Positions 1 through 11,926 are shown, counted from the stretch's first letter. The stretch: 64,000 nt of DNA from Candidatus Ornithoclostridium excrementipullorum (GCA_018716085.1 DVKK01000040.1:1107-65106), one strand, 5' to 3'. Numbers and translations: made by a program. Notes: generated by a model not told the origin, from the letters alone.

Positions 1-2168
<2,168 letters not shown>

Positions 2169-2220
2169 TTAATTATATCATCAAAGGGCGCGACTTGCAA
2201 CATTAACCGCAAAACGCGGA

Positions 2221-2598
2221 TCACGATATGCGGCAGGAAAAGGGAAATACCGACACCACAGCGACTTTGAGCCATTGGTATGCAAGCGGTATCGCGGCGA
2301 GCGACGCAAAGGATATCAACGCTCCGACAAGGGATATTATCCCGAACAAAACTCCTCCCGTAGCAGCCCACAATATCCCCGACACGGGCGACGACGGCAC
2401 TATTACGACCTGCTTGCCGAACGGTTTCCAGACGAACATCCCCGCCTTGAAAAATCTGGCAGCCCACGGCGCGCCCACGACCGTTATAGCCGCGGCGAAT
2501 CCCAGCGCGAACCATATCACGCACAAAACGACTCCGCCGAATATCTTCCAGTAACCGTTGCCCGCGATCCTTGCGACGCGGAGCAGTATGCTTTTCAC
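2221..2598 (-). CDS. yccF: YccF-family inner membrane protein (DUF307)
   Basis: 125-aa ORF with two GN..W....G/..G.P......K repeats (GNGYWKIFGG...VVGAPWAARFFKA), as in E. coli YccF. Confidence 0.7.
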   Translation of the reverse strand: MKSILLRVARIAGNGYWKIFGGVVLCVIWFALGFAAAITVVGAPWAARFFKAGMFVWKPFGKQVVIVPSSPVSGILWAATGGVLFGIISLVGALISFASLAAIPLAYQWLKVAVVSVFPFSCRIS

Positions 2599-2649
2599 AC
2601 AGGTAGTTTGCGCAAAGTCAAAAAAAGTAAAACAACCTACACGGGCACG

Positions 2650-2672
2650 AAAAAACCACCGTAGAACGGCGG
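2650..2672 (-). terminator. Intrinsic terminator after the pflB-pflA-C_GCAxxG operon
   Basis: Minus-strand RNA CCGCCG-UUCUA-CGGUGG (one G-U pair) followed by U6, 13 nt after the stop at 2686. Confidence 0.6.
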
Positions 2673-2685
2673 CGGGAATTCTGCG

Positions 2686-3153
2686 TCAGTCGGATATCAG
2701 GCCCTCTCTTCTCAGTTCGGATTCTATGATATCCACCGAGTCGAGCACAAATTTTATACACGGTCTTATCCCGTCCGGAGCCGGAGAAGGCACGTCCGGC
2801 ACGTAATTTTCCGTCAGCCGTCTTATCTGCGACAGCAGTTCCGGACAGTTGTCCGTACCGTTGTTGCGGGCCTTGAATTCGGAATCCAACGCCGATACGA
2901 CGCGGTATATCTCCGCCTTGTTTATCGGCACTCCGTCGCTTCTGCGGCGGACAAGCCCCGTTACGAAACCCATCGCCGAGACCGCTCCGCACAGGTTTTT
3001 CGTATTGCCGAATCCGCATCCGAACGCAACGGAAACCGCCTCCAGCGTATCCTTGTCCAAAGGGAGCACGTCCTCGAACGCCATCAGCACTGCGGGAGCG
3101 CAGCCGTAGCCGCGTTTGAAATAATCGTAAGCCTTCTGTTTTCTGTCCGTCAT
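2686..3153 (-). CDS. C_GCAxxG_C_C family putative redox-active protein
   Basis: ORF 2686..3180. Start moved to MTDRKQKAY (ATG 3153), 1 nt after the pflA stop. Signatures GYGCAPAVLMAF and CGAVSAMG. Confidence 0.7.
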   Translation of the reverse strand: MTDRKQKAYDYFKRGYGCAPAVLMAFEDVLPLDKDTLEAVSVAFGCGFGNTKNLCGAVSAMGFVTGLVRRRSDGVPINKAEIYRVVSALDSEFKARNNGTDNCPELLSQIRRLTENYVPDVPSPAPDGIRPCIKFVLDSVDIIESELRREGLISD

Positions 3154-3154
3154 A

Positions 3155-3883
3155 TCAGCCCTCCATAGCCTTATCGGCATACGCCTGAAGTTCTTTCAGC
3201 CTGTCCTTGGAAAGGGCGGGAGTCCCCTCCAAAGGATTGACTATGCCCAATTTACGGTACTTAGCGAATCCCATGGTATGAAACGCAAGCAGTTGCCACC
3301 GCTCGACGCATTTGTAGAACTTTATCAGTCTCGCGTACTCTGCGATATCCTCTTCGGTATCGTTTATCCCGGGAACTACCACCGTGCGTATCCATACGCG
3401 TGCGTTCACGCTTTCGAGATACGCGAGCGTATTCATGACCGTCTGCAGACTGCCTCTGCAGTATTTGCGGTAATCGTCTTCCGTATGGAATTTCACGTCG
3501 AGGATGACCATATCCGCGATCCTGAGCACTGTCTTTACGGCGTCGGTCAGCGGTACGCCTCCGCAGGTATCCACGGCGACGTTTATCCCCTTGTCGTGCA
3601 ACGCGGGTATGAGCTGCGCGGCGAAAGCGCTCTGCGTGAGCACTTCTCCTCCGCTCAAGGTCACTCCGCCGTCTTTGCCGAAATACGGCTTATACCGCAC
3701 GAGCTTCTTTACAAGTTCGTCCACCGTCATGCGCAGACCTTCTCCCTCCCACGTGTCGGGATTGTGGCAGTATGCGCAGCGGAAAGGGCATCCGACGAAA
3801 AAGACCTCGTAGCGAATACCCTTCCCGTCGAGAGTCGCTAAGCTCTCGAAAGAATGGATATTCGCCGTCAGAGGTCCTTTCAT
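3155..3883 (-). CDS. pflA: Pyruvate formate-lyase activating enzyme (radical SAM)
   Basis: 242 aa with CPFRCAYCHNPDTW (CX3CX2C). Its start overlaps the pflB stop by 1 nt (TGATG). Confidence 0.9.
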   Translation of the reverse strand: MKGPLTANIHSFESLATLDGKGIRYEVFFVGCPFRCAYCHNPDTWEGEGLRMTVDELVKKLVRYKPYFGKDGGVTLSGGEVLTQSAFAAQLIPALHDKGINVAVDTCGGVPLTDAVKTVLRIADMVILDVKFHTEDDYRKYCRGSLQTVMNTLAYLESVNARVWIRTVVVPGINDTEEDIAEYARLIKFYKCVERWQLLAFHTMGFAKYRKLGIVNPLEGTPALSKDRLKELQAYADKAMEG

Positions 3884-6108
3884 CAGAATTTCTCGTGGAA
3901 CGTACGGTTGATGACTTCCTGCTGCTGGTTCTTGTTCAGCTTATTGAAGTTGACCGCATAACCGCTGACCCTGATCGTGAGATTGGGATAGAGCGTGGGG
4001 TCGTTCATCGCGTCTATGAGCTTCTGCCTGTTGAGCACATTGACGTTGAGATGATGAGCGTCCTGCACGAAGTATCCGTCGAGCATATTGGTCAGTTTGC
4101 CGATCCTGTCGTCCTCGTCCTCGCCGAGCGTATCGGGAGTGATCGAGAAGGTATTGGAAATACCGTCGCGGCAGCACGCGTAATTGAGTTTCGCGACCGA
4201 GTTGAGGCTTGCGAGAGCGCCCTCGCAGTCTCTGCCGTGCATCGGGTTGGCTCCGGGAGCGAACGGCTCGCCGCGCTTTCTTCCGTCGGGCGTGGAACCC
4301 GTCTTCTTGCCGTAGACGACGTTGGACGTGATCGTCAGTATGGACAGAGTGTGCTTTGCGCCTCTGTACGTCTTGGTCTTTTTGAGTTCTTCGTAGAAGC
4401 TTTCCACGATCCACTTGGCGATATCGTCCACCCTGTCGTCGTCATTGCCGTACTTGGGGAAGTCTCCCTCCGTCCTGAAATCGGTGATAAGACCTCTCTC
4501 GTCCTTGATCGCGGTGACCTTGGCGTATTTGATCGCGCTGAGACTGTCTGCAAGCACGCTCAGTCCGCAGATGCCGAAAGCCATGAGTCTTTCGACTTCG
4601 GTGTCGTGCAAACTCATCATGAGCCGCTCGTACGCATACTTATCGTGCATATAATGGATCACGTTGAGAGTATTGACGTACAGCTTTGCCATCCAGCTCA
4701 TATAGTGTTTGTACGCCTCGAGGACCTTGTCGTAATCGAGCACGCCTTCGTCGAATACCTTACCCTCGGGCGCGACCTGTATGCCGTAGATCTCGTCCTT
4801 GCCGCCGTTGAGCGCCATCAGCAGGACCTTGGCGAGGTTGCATCTCGCCCCGAAGAACTGCATCTGTTTGCCTACCTTCATCGCGGACACACAGCACGCT
4901 ATCGCGTAATCGTCACCGAACGCGGGTCTCATGACGTCGTCGTTCTCGTACTGAATGGAGTCGGTATCTATCGATACTTTCGCACAGAAATTCTTGAATC
5001 CCTGCGGCAGATCCTGCGCCCAAAGTATAGTGATATTGGGCTCGGCGCTGCTGCCGAGATTGTAGAGCGTCTGCAACATTCTGAAAGACGTCTTCGTGAC
5101 CATGGGTCTGCCGTCCTTGCATATACCGCCCTCGGAAGTGGTGACCCACGTGGGATCGCCCGCGAACAGATCGTTGTATTCGGGCGTGCGGAGATGACGG
5201 ACAAGACGGAGTTTGACGACGAGATCGTCGATTATCTCCTGCGCCTGTTCTTCGGTCATCATTCCGTTTTTGATATCTCTCTCGAAATAGATATCGAGGA
5301 ACGTCGTGATCCTTCCGATAGAGTTCGCCGCGCCGTTCTGCTCCTTGACCGCGCCGAGATAGCCGAAGTACAGCCACTGCACCGCCTCTTTCGCGTTCCT
5401 CGCGGGACGGGAAATGTCGCAGCCGTATTGCGCCGCCATGGTCTTGAGCTGTTCCATGAACTCGAGCTGCTTCGCCAGTTCCTCGAGCTGACGTATATTG
5501 TCCTCGCTCATATCCTTGGCACCGTATCTCTTCTTGTCGGCTTTCTTGCACTCAATAAGATAGTCCATTCCGTACAGAGCCACTCTGCGATAGTCGCCGA
5601 TGATCCTGCCGCGCGCGTAAGCGTCGGGAAGTCCCGTGATAACGCCCACGTGACGGGCGGCACGCATCTCCTCGGTATATACTCTGAACACGCCGTCGTT
5701 GTGCGTGGTGCGGTATTTGAACTCTTCTCTTATCTTGTCGGACATCTTGTAGCCGTAAGCGTCGCACGCCTTCTCGCACATCCTCTTGCCCGCAAACGGA
5801 TTGACCGCTCTTTTGAGCGGAGCGTCCGTCTGCAATCCGACTATTATGTCCAGATCCTTGTCCACATAGCCCGGCGCATAACTGAGAATGGACGCGACGT
5901 TTTCGGTGTCTACGTCAAGCACGCCCTTTTTCGCCTCTTCGGCAAGCAAAGCGTTGAGCTTTGCGGATATCTTCTTCGTTCTCTCGGTCGGCCCCTGAAG
6001 GAACGAAGCGTCGCCGTCGTAAGGCGTATAATTTTTTACGATGAAATCTCTGACGTCGATCTTATCGCACCACTTGCCTTTACGGAAGCCCTGCCATTCT
6101 TCTCTCAT
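3883..6108 (-). CDS. pflB: Formate C-acetyltransferase (pyruvate formate-lyase, glycyl radical enzyme)
   Basis: 741 aa with glycyl-radical motif RVSGYAVNF near the C-terminus and catalytic [18 protein letters not shown]. Confidence 0.95.
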   Translation of the reverse strand: MREEWQGFRKGKWCDKIDVRDFIVKNYTPYDGDASFLQGPTERTKKISAKLNALLAEEAKKGVLDVDTENVASILSYAPGYVDKDLDIIVGLQTDAPLKRAVNPFAGKRMCEKACDAYGYKMSDKIREEFKYRTTHNDGVFRVYTEEMRAARHVGVITGLPDAYARGRIIGDYRRVALYGMDYLIECKKADKKRYGAKDMSEDNIRQLEELAKQLEFMEQLKTMAAQYGCDISRPARNAKEAVQWLYFGYLGAVKEQNGAANSIGRITTFLDIYFERDIKNGMMTEEQAQEIIDDLVVKLRLVRHLRTPEYNDLFAGDPTWVTTSEGGICKDGRPMVTKTSFRMLQTLYNLGSSAEPNITILWAQDLPQGFKNFCAKVSIDTDSIQYENDDVMRPAFGDDYAIACCVSAMKVGKQMQFFGARCNLAKVLLMALNGGKDEIYGIQVAPEGKVFDEGVLDYDKVLEAYKHYMSWMAKLYVNTLNVIHYMHDKYAYERLMMSLHDTEVERLMAFGICGLSVLADSLSAIKYAKVTAIKDERGLITDFRTEGDFPKYGNDDDRVDDIAKWIVESFYEELKKTKTYRGAKHTLSILTITSNVVYGKKTGSTPDGRKRGEPFAPGANPMHGRDCEGALASLNSVAKLNYACCRDGISNTFSITPDTLGEDEDDRIGKLTNMLDGYFVQDAHHLNVNVLNRQKLIDAMNDPTLYPNLTIRVSGYAVNFNKLNKNQQQEVINRTFHEKF

Positions 6109-6137
6109 AAACCTCTCCTTTCCGAAGCATTAAATTA

Positions 6138-6243
6138 CCGCCCCGGCAAATTTATTTTTTGTTTTGCCCAGACGGTCGACGATCTTCACCGCGAACTCCA
6201 CCATAGTAAACTATGTAAAACCGTCAGTCGCACGCGGCTCTCG
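6138..6243 (-). promoter_or_regulatory. ZTP (pfl-motif) riboswitch in the pflB leader
   Basis: Minus strand reads GCCGCGUGCGACUGACGG, then hairpin CAUAG-UUUA-CUAUG, then GUGGAGUUCGCGG, a 13-nt linker and CCGUCUGGGCA. This fits the bipartite ZTP consensus (GGGUCGUGACUGGCG ... CCGCCUGGGCA) with a compensated pseudoknot GACGG/CCGUC. The downstream UUUGCCGGGGCGG can sequester the 3' pseudoknot strand. Confidence 0.8.
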
Positions 6244-6257
6244 TATATTGCATTATT

Positions 6258-6286
6258 ATGATAACACAGCCGTATACAAAATGCAA
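6258..6286 (-). promoter_or_regulatory. Sigma-70-type promoter of the pflB operon: TTGCAT-17 nt-TATCAT
   Basis: Hexamers read on the minus strand with a 17-nt spacer, about 15 nt upstream of the riboswitch P1. Confidence 0.55.
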
Positions 6287-6753
6287 TACATTGAACGCAC
6301 TTTTCGAAAAAGACCACAATATATTGTTACAACGTCGCCGTCATTCGTGATATTTGCACAAATCGGCACGGTTTTTTAGTGCCATACCGCAACATATTGT
6401 GTTTATCTCTCCGCAAGTACACAAGCAAGTCCACAATCTCTGCGAACGCTCTTATCGGTATCGGGTCGCGGCGAGTGCCGCCGCCGTCCGATATTATTCT
6501 GCCACCGCCGCCTCATTTTATGACGTACGGCTCGCGCGGCAACGCAAGGATCCGTCCGGAGCGCAATACCGAGAAAAATCGTTGCGCGGCTGTCGCCATT
6601 CTCGTTTTATACTCCCACGGGAGCGGATACCGACTGCGGCAGTCCCGCGCCCGCACGACCTTACCTGTCCGTACTCGGCGACGTCCGCGCCGACGGTTTG
6701 CCGCAATGCGCTCCGTCATGCCGTAAGCATCGATCGGAAATATATTTCGGCGC

Positions 6754-6780
6754 AAAAGAAAACGGAGCCTTTCGGCTCCG
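6754..6780 (-). terminator. Intrinsic terminator of hup
   Basis: CGGAGCC-GAAA-GGCUCCG followed by a U-rich tract, 24 nt after the hup stop. Confidence 0.8.
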
Positions 6781-6803
6781 TTGACCGTTATTCTTAAAGT
6801 CGA

Positions 6804-7073
6804 TCAGAGGCTCTCTTTGAGCGCCTTGCTGGCCTTGAACGCAACGGACTTGCTCGCCTCGATGGTGATGGTCTCGCCGGTAGCGGGGTTTCTGCCCTCG
6901 CGAGCGGCTCTGTCCTTGACCTCGAAGTTGCCGAAGCCGACAAGCGCGACCTTGTCTCCGTCCTTCAATGCGTCGGTTATCGCTCCGAAAACCGCGTTGA
7001 CGACGGCGTCAGCGGTGCTCTTGGGTACTCCTGCCTTCTCGGCGACGGAAGCGATCAATTCGCCTTTATTCAT
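6804..7073 (-). CDS. hup: HU family DNA-binding protein
   Basis: 89 aa: MNKGELIASVAEKAGVPKSTADAVVNAVF...GFGNFEVKDRAAREGRNPATGE, canonical HU. Confidence 0.95.
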   Translation of the reverse strand: MNKGELIASVAEKAGVPKSTADAVVNAVFGAITDALKDGDKVALVGFGNFEVKDRAAREGRNPATGETITIEASKSVAFKASKALKESL

Positions 7074-7112
7074 AACTTTTCCTCCTCGGGCTTCCTGCCC
7101 TATTGCTTTTAT

Positions 7113-7778
7113 TTAAGCCTTGCGGCTTACTTTCGTAAACAACAGATCGTCGCCGTCGAGCCCGATACCGATCATGCCTCGCTTCAAAGCCTCTTCCGCG
7201 GCGTCGATTTTTCTTATATTTATTCTAACACATTCCGAGGAATTTTCAAAGAGAAAATCGAATTTTTTCAGTAAATACAGGAAAATATAGGTGCTGTCCT
7301 GCCTGTATATCCCGCAAATAGCGAATTCCTTTCTAAAAAACGTATTCAAACTGGCTTTGTTTTCGTAATGGACCACTCCGCACAGATCTATTTTCAGCTC
7401 TTTCGCGCGCTCCGTGACCGCGTCCATAAGCGCTGTCCCGAGCCCTTTTCCGCGGAAACGCCCATCCGTCATAAGCCCGCTCGCCTCGTAACAGCGCTCC
7501 TCCGTTACGGCTCCGCGCGTGCTTTCGGTGATTATGCTTCCGAGACGTTCGGCATATTTTTCGTCGAGATCTATATTGAACGTCGCAACGAGCTCGCCGT
7601 CTTTTCTTATACCGAAAGGTTCGCCCCGCTCCATTACGGCGCGCAGTTCTTCGTCCGTATAGGGAAAAAAGAATTCTTTGCGAACAAGCGCGTCCCTGCA
7701 CCTTGTCAGGAACGCGCGCTCTTCTTCGTAGTTTTCGGGACCGAGCCGTATCAGCTCGAATCCGACGTTTCCGATCAT
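7113..7778 (-). CDS. GNAT family N-acetyltransferase, last gene of the arg operon
   Basis: ORF 7113..8018. Start moved to MIGNVGFEL (ATG 7778), which overlaps the argF stop as ATGA. Acetyl-CoA motif A RGKGLGTALMDAV. Confidence 0.75.
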   Translation of the reverse strand: MIGNVGFELIRLGPENYEEERAFLTRCRDALVRKEFFFPYTDEELRAVMERGEPFGIRKDGELVATFNIDLDEKYAERLGSIITESTRGAVTEERCYEASGLMTDGRFRGKGLGTALMDAVTERAKELKIDLCGVVHYENKASLNTFFRKEFAICGIYRQDSTYIFLYLLKKFDFLFENSSECVRINIRKIDAAEEALKRGMIGIGLDGDDLLFTKVSRKA

Positions 7779-8680
7779 TGCCCGAGAAGTTTGACGAGCA
7801 CGGCTTTTTGCGCGTGCAGCCTGTTTTCCGCTTCGTCGAATATTTCGGGGTGAGCCTCGATCACCGACGCGGAGATCTCCTCGCCTCTGTGCGCGGGCAG
7901 ACAGTGCAGGACCATGGCGTCGCTCTTCGCGTTCTTCATCAACGCCTCGTCCACGCAATATCCTTTGAACGCCTTTCTGCGTATCTCGGCCTCCTTTTCC
8001 TGCCCCATGGACGCCCATACGTCGGTGTAGACCGCGTCGGCGTCGGCGGCAGCCTCCTCAGGAGAAGACGTCAGCCTGAATTTGTCCCCGTACCGCTCCG
8101 CAAAAGCAAGCACTCCCGCGTCGGGGCGATATCCGTCGGGGCAGGCGATCGATACGGACATACCGACTTTCAGACAGCCGACTATGAGCGAATTCGCCAT
8201 ATTGTTTCCGTCGCCCACGTAACAGAATTTCAGCGAATCGAACGCGCCTTTATGTTCTCTTATCGTCATGAGATCCGCAAGGACCTGACACGGATGGGCG
8301 TAGTCGGTAAGGCCGTTTATCACGGGTATCGAACCGTACTTCGCAAGATCTTCTACCTCGCTCTGCGCAAAAGTCCTTATCATGATCCCGTCGAGATATC
8401 TGGACAGCACGCGCGCGGTGTCGCAGACAGGCTCTCCGCGTCCTATCTGAAGATCCGCCGAAGAGAGGAACAGCGCCGAGCCTCCGAGCTGGTACATTCC
8501 CACTTCGAAAGACACGCGCGTACGCGTGGAAGATTTTTGGAAGATCATGCCCAGGGTCTTGCCCTCGAGCACCCTGTGGGCGATGTTGTGTTTCTGCTCG
8601 TATTTGAGTTGATCCGCCAGATTGAGCACGGACAGTATTTCCCTGTCCGAAAGATCCGCCATTTTAAGTAAATGCTTCAT
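7775..8680 (-). CDS. argF: Ornithine carbamoyltransferase
   Basis: Start moved to MKHLLKMADL (ATG 8680), an ATGA overlap with the argD stop. Motifs SSTRTRVSFE, HPCQ, HCLPAHRGEE. Confidence 0.9.
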   Translation of the reverse strand: MKHLLKMADLSDREILSVLNLADQLKYEQKHNIAHRVLEGKTLGMIFQKSSTRTRVSFEVGMYQLGGSALFLSSADLQIGRGEPVCDTARVLSRYLDGIMIRTFAQSEVEDLAKYGSIPVINGLTDYAHPCQVLADLMTIREHKGAFDSLKFCYVGDGNNMANSLIVGCLKVGMSVSIACPDGYRPDAGVLAFAERYGDKFRLTSSPEEAAADADAVYTDVWASMGQEKEAEIRRKAFKGYCVDEALMKNAKSDAMVLHCLPAHRGEEISASVIEAHPEIFDEAENRLHAQKAVLVKLLGQ

Positions 8681-9852
8681 ATCGTCTCCTTTCCGTTCAA
8701 TATCCCCGTCAGGATATCCATACCTTTTTCGAGCTGCGCGTCCGTTATCGTAAGCGGCGGCAGAAGCCGTACTCTGTCCTTGGCCGTGAGCACGAGCAAT
8801 CCTTCGGTTATCGCCTTTTTCGCGATATCTTTGGCAGTTCCGTGCGCCGGAAGTATCCCGACCATCATGCCGAGCCCGCTCACGTTTGCAGCCCCTTCGC
8901 AATCGGCAAGGCGCCGCCTGATATATTCGCCCTTGCGCTCAACATCGGCGAGCAGTTTGCCGTCCAGCTTGTCGAGCACGACTCCAGCGCCCGCGCATAC
9001 TATCGGATTGCCTCCGAAAGTGCTGCCGTGCATTCCGAAACCGAGCGTGCCCGCCGCCTCGCCGAGAGCGAGTACGGCGCCTATGGGCAGCCCTCCGCCC
9101 AGTCCCTTTGCGAGCGTGGTCACGTCGGGTCTGATACCGAAATGTTCGGAAGCGAGCAGCCTGCCCGTCCTTCCCATGCCCGTCTGGACTTCGTCCGCAA
9201 TAAACAGTATATCGCGCCGACGGCACAGATCATACGCTTTTTGCACGAACTCCTTATCGAGAGCGACCACTCCGCCTTCGCCCTGAACGAATTCGACGAT
9301 CAACGCGCACGCTCCATCGGCGGCTTTATCGAGCGCGCCGATATCACCAGCCGCTACGTATTCGAACCCCTCCGTAAACGGGAAAAACCACTTATGATAG
9401 CCGTTCTGTCCCGTCGCGGAAAGAGTGCTTATCGTCCTGCCGTGGAAGGAATTGACCAGGGTCAGCACCTTGGAACGCCCCTCGCCGTATTTGTCGTAGG
9501 AATACTTTCGCGCGAGCTTTATGGCGCACTCGTTGGCTTCCGCGCCGGAATTGGCGAAAAACACCTTGTCGTACCCCGTGCGCAGGCACAGCTTTTCCGC
9601 CAAAAGCGCGCACGGTTCCGTATAAAAAAGATTGGACGTGTGATTGAGCCTGCCTGCCTGAGCCGCAACGGCTCCCGCCCAGTCCGCGTCGCTGTACCCG
9701 AGAGAGTTGACGCCGATCCCGCTGGTGAGATCTATGTATTCGCGCCCGTTCTCGTCGTAACAGAGCGAGCCCTCGCCGCGCTCTATCAGCAGATCGAAGC
9801 GCGCGTATGTGTTCATGACGTATTGTCTGTCTATCGCCTTTATATCTTTCAT
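8677..9852 (-). CDS. argD: Acetylornithine aminotransferase (class III PLP)
   Basis: 391 aa with FANSGAEANE, DEVQTGMGRTG, TLAKGLGGG. Confidence 0.9.
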   Translation of the reverse strand: MKDIKAIDRQYVMNTYARFDLLIERGEGSLCYDENGREYIDLTSGIGVNSLGYSDADWAGAVAAQAGRLNHTSNLFYTEPCALLAEKLCLRTGYDKVFFANSGAEANECAIKLARKYSYDKYGEGRSKVLTLVNSFHGRTISTLSATGQNGYHKWFFPFTEGFEYVAAGDIGALDKAADGACALIVEFVQGEGGVVALDKEFVQKAYDLCRRRDILFIADEVQTGMGRTGRLLASEHFGIRPDVTTLAKGLGGGLPIGAVLALGEAAGTLGFGMHGSTFGGNPIVCAGAGVVLDKLDGKLLADVERKGEYIRRRLADCEGAANVSGLGMMVGILPAHGTAKDIAKKAITEGLLVLTAKDRVRLLPPLTITDAQLEKGMDILTGILNGKETI

Positions 9853-9853
9853 A

Positions 9854-10705
9854 TCACTTGAACAGCGTTCCCACGCCCTCGTTGGTGAGCATATCGATAA
9901 GGATCGCGTGAGGTATCCTTCCGTCGATGATGATCGACTGCTTTACGCCGCGGCGCACCGCTTCCACGCAGCAGTCCACTTTGGGGATCATTCCCCCGCC
10001 GATTATGCCTTTCTTTTTGAGCGACGGCACGTCGGAAACGTACACCTCGCTTATCAGAGTATCCTCGTCGTTTCTGTCCATCAACAGACCGCGGATATCG
10101 GTCATCAGCACGAGGTTTTCGGCGTTCATCGCCGCCGCGATGCGCGCCGCCGCGGTGTCTGCGTTGACGTTGTAGACGTTGCCTTCTCCGTCGCTGCCGA
10201 CCGTGGCGACCACGGGTATATAGCCTCCGTCGAGGGCGTCGAATATCGGCCCCGCGTCCACGTCGGTAACGTCGCCGACGAACCCGAGATCCGCCTCTCC
10301 CTTATGTTTTTCGCACTTTATCATTCCGCCGTCTATACCGCACAGCCCCAGAGCCTTGCCTCCGCTCTCGCCCAGCATCATCACGAGATTCTTGTTTATC
10401 TTTCCCGCAAGGACCATCTGAACTATCTCCGCGGTCTCGGCGTCGGTATAACGCAGACCTCCGATAAATTCCGATTTTTTGCCGACCTTTTTCAGCATTT
10501 CGGATATCTCGGGACCGCCGCCGTGCACGAGCACGACTTTTACGCCTATCAGCGACAGCATGACTATGTCGCTCATGACGGCTTTTTTCAGCTCCTCGCC
10601 GAGCATCGCGTTGCCGCCGTATTTTACGACGACGACTTTGCCGCTGTATTTCCTTATATACGGCAGCGCGTCGCTGAGAACGCGCGCCTTGCTCGCTATA
10701 TCCAT
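9854..10705 (-). CDS. argB: Acetylglutamate kinase
   Basis: 283 aa with VVKYGGNAM, VLVHGGGPEI. Confidence 0.95.
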   Translation of the reverse strand: MDIASKARVLSDALPYIRKYSGKVVVVKYGGNAMLGEELKKAVMSDIVMLSLIGVKVVLVHGGGPEISEMLKKVGKKSEFIGGLRYTDAETAEIVQMVLAGKINKNLVMMLGESGGKALGLCGIDGGMIKCEKHKGEADLGFVGDVTDVDAGPIFDALDGGYIPVVATVGSDGEGNVYNVNADTAAARIAAAMNAENLVLMTDIRGLLMDRNDEDTLISEVYVSDVPSLKKKGIIGGGMIPKVDCCVEAVRRGVKQSIIIDGRIPHAILIDMLTNEGVGTLFK

Positions 10706-10708
10706 ATC

Positions 10709-11926
10709 TTACGTCCTGTAATCCGCGTTTATTTTCACGTAATCGTATGTGAGATCGCATCCCCACGCCACGGCTTGCGCAGTCCCGTCGCCGCAGGTCA
10801 CGTCTATGGTCACTTCGTCTTCGAGAAGGACTTTCTTCGCCTCCTCTTCGGAGAATTCCACGCCGTTGCCGTCCTTGCACACCTCGACGGATCCCGCGCG
10901 GGATCTCAATACCACGCCGACCTTCTCTATATCGCAGACCGCGTCGGCGTAGCCTATCGCGCAGAGTATCCTGCCCCAGTTCGCGTCCGAAGCGAACATG
11001 GCGGCTTTGAGCAGAGAACTGCATACGACGCTCTTGGCGATAGCCTTTGCGGAAGCGACGTCCGCCGCGCCCGACACCGCGCATTCTATAAGCCTCGTCG
11101 CGCCCTCGCCGTCCTTTGCAATGGCTTTGGACAGCTTGGTCATGATGTACAGCAGAGCGTTTCTGAACGCGGCGTAATCCTCTCCGTCCGCGGAATCGAC
11201 CGTCTTATTGCCGGCGGCGCCGTTGGCAAGCACCAGAGCCATATCGTTGGTGGAGCTGTCGCCGTCTATGCTGACCATGTTGAGAGTGTCGTCGACTACC
11301 TCTTTCAGAGCGCGAGCCAATACTTGGGACGACACAGCCGCGTCGGTGGTCACAAAGCACAGCAGCGTCGCCATGTTGGGGTGTATCATGCCGCTGCCCT
11401 TTGCGATCGCGCCCATACGGCACGTTTTGCCGCCAAGCTCGAACTCGCAGGCAAATTCCTTTTTGACCGTATCGGTGGTCATTATCGCAGCCGCCGCGTC
11501 GGCGCTTCCGTCCTCGGAGAGCGCGCCTGCGAGCGCGGGCATTCCTTCGGCTATCGGCTCGATAGGCAGTATCTGTCCTATCACTCCCGTGGAAGCGACG
11601 ATGACGTCTTCCTGCGGTATGCCCGTATTTAGTTCCACAAGTCTGCACATTTCGCGGGCTTTTTCCTCTCCGTCCGCATTGCAGGTATTCGCGTTTCCGC
11701 TGTTGCACACTATGGCGCGCGCCTTCCCGTCGGCGATATGCTCTTTCGTGACCGCTATCGGCGCGCCTTTGACCTTGTTGCGCGTATAGACTCCCGCGGC
11801 GGCCGCGTCGCGGTCGCTTACGATGAGCGCAAGGTCGAGCTTACTCTTGTTTTTTCTTATCCCGCAATGTACGCCGGCTGCCTTGAAGCCTATCGGAGCG
11901 CACACGCCCTTTTCCGTATCTTTCAT
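10709..11926 (-). CDS. argJ: Bifunctional ornithine acetyltransferase / N-acetylglutamate synthase
   Basis: ORF 10709..11947. Start moved to MKDTEKG. Self-processing motif KGSGMIHPNMATLL. Confidence 0.9.
   Translation of the reverse strand: MKDTEKGVCAPIGFKAAGVHCGIRKNKSKLDLALIVSDRDAAAAGVYTRNKVKGAPIAVTKEHIADGKARAIVCNSGNANTCNADGEEKAREMCRLVELNTGIPQEDVIVASTGVIGQILPIEPIAEGMPALAGALSEDGSADAAAAIMTTDTVKKEFACEFELGGKTCRMGAIAKGSGMIHPNMATLLCFVTTDAAVSSQVLARALKEVVDDTLNMVSIDGDSSTNDMALVLANGAAGNKTVDSADGEDYAAFRNALLYIMTKLSKAIAKDGEGATRLIECAVSGAADVASAKAIAKSVVCSSLLKAAMFASDANWGRILCAIGYADAVCDIEKVGVVLRSRAGSVEVCKDGNGVEFSEEEAKKVLLEDEVTIDVTCGDGTAQAVAWGCDLTYDYVKINADYRT

Noticed and set aside
3772-6261. 829-aa plus-strand ORF
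   Set aside because: It is fully antisense to pflB in the codon-complement register. Its composition is V/E/H/R/D-rich with no motifs, while pflB on the other strand has unmistakable glycyl-radical motifs.
6343-6361. Rex/CRP-FNR-like inverted repeat TTGTGCAAATATCACGAA upstream of the pflB promoter
   Set aside because: The half-site spacing does not fit either TTGTGAA-N4-TTCACAA or TGTGA-N6-TCACA, and the repeat is imperfect. It is too weak to call.
6513-6755. 80-aa minus-strand ORF (MRRNIFPIDAYGMTERIAANRRRGRRRVRTGK...)
   Set aside because: It is extremely Arg-rich with no RBS and overlaps equally implausible ORFs in other frames. The region is treated as non-coding (see the finding at 6400-6760).
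8681-8902. N-terminal extensions of track ORFs (argF to 8902, GNAT to 8018, argC to 13064, argJ to 11947, folT to 53185, DUF421 from 53306, degV from 41680)
   Set aside because: The extensions are Arg-rich and overlap the upstream gene. They are replaced by internal starts that have an RBS or an ATGA/TGATG coupling and match family N-termini.
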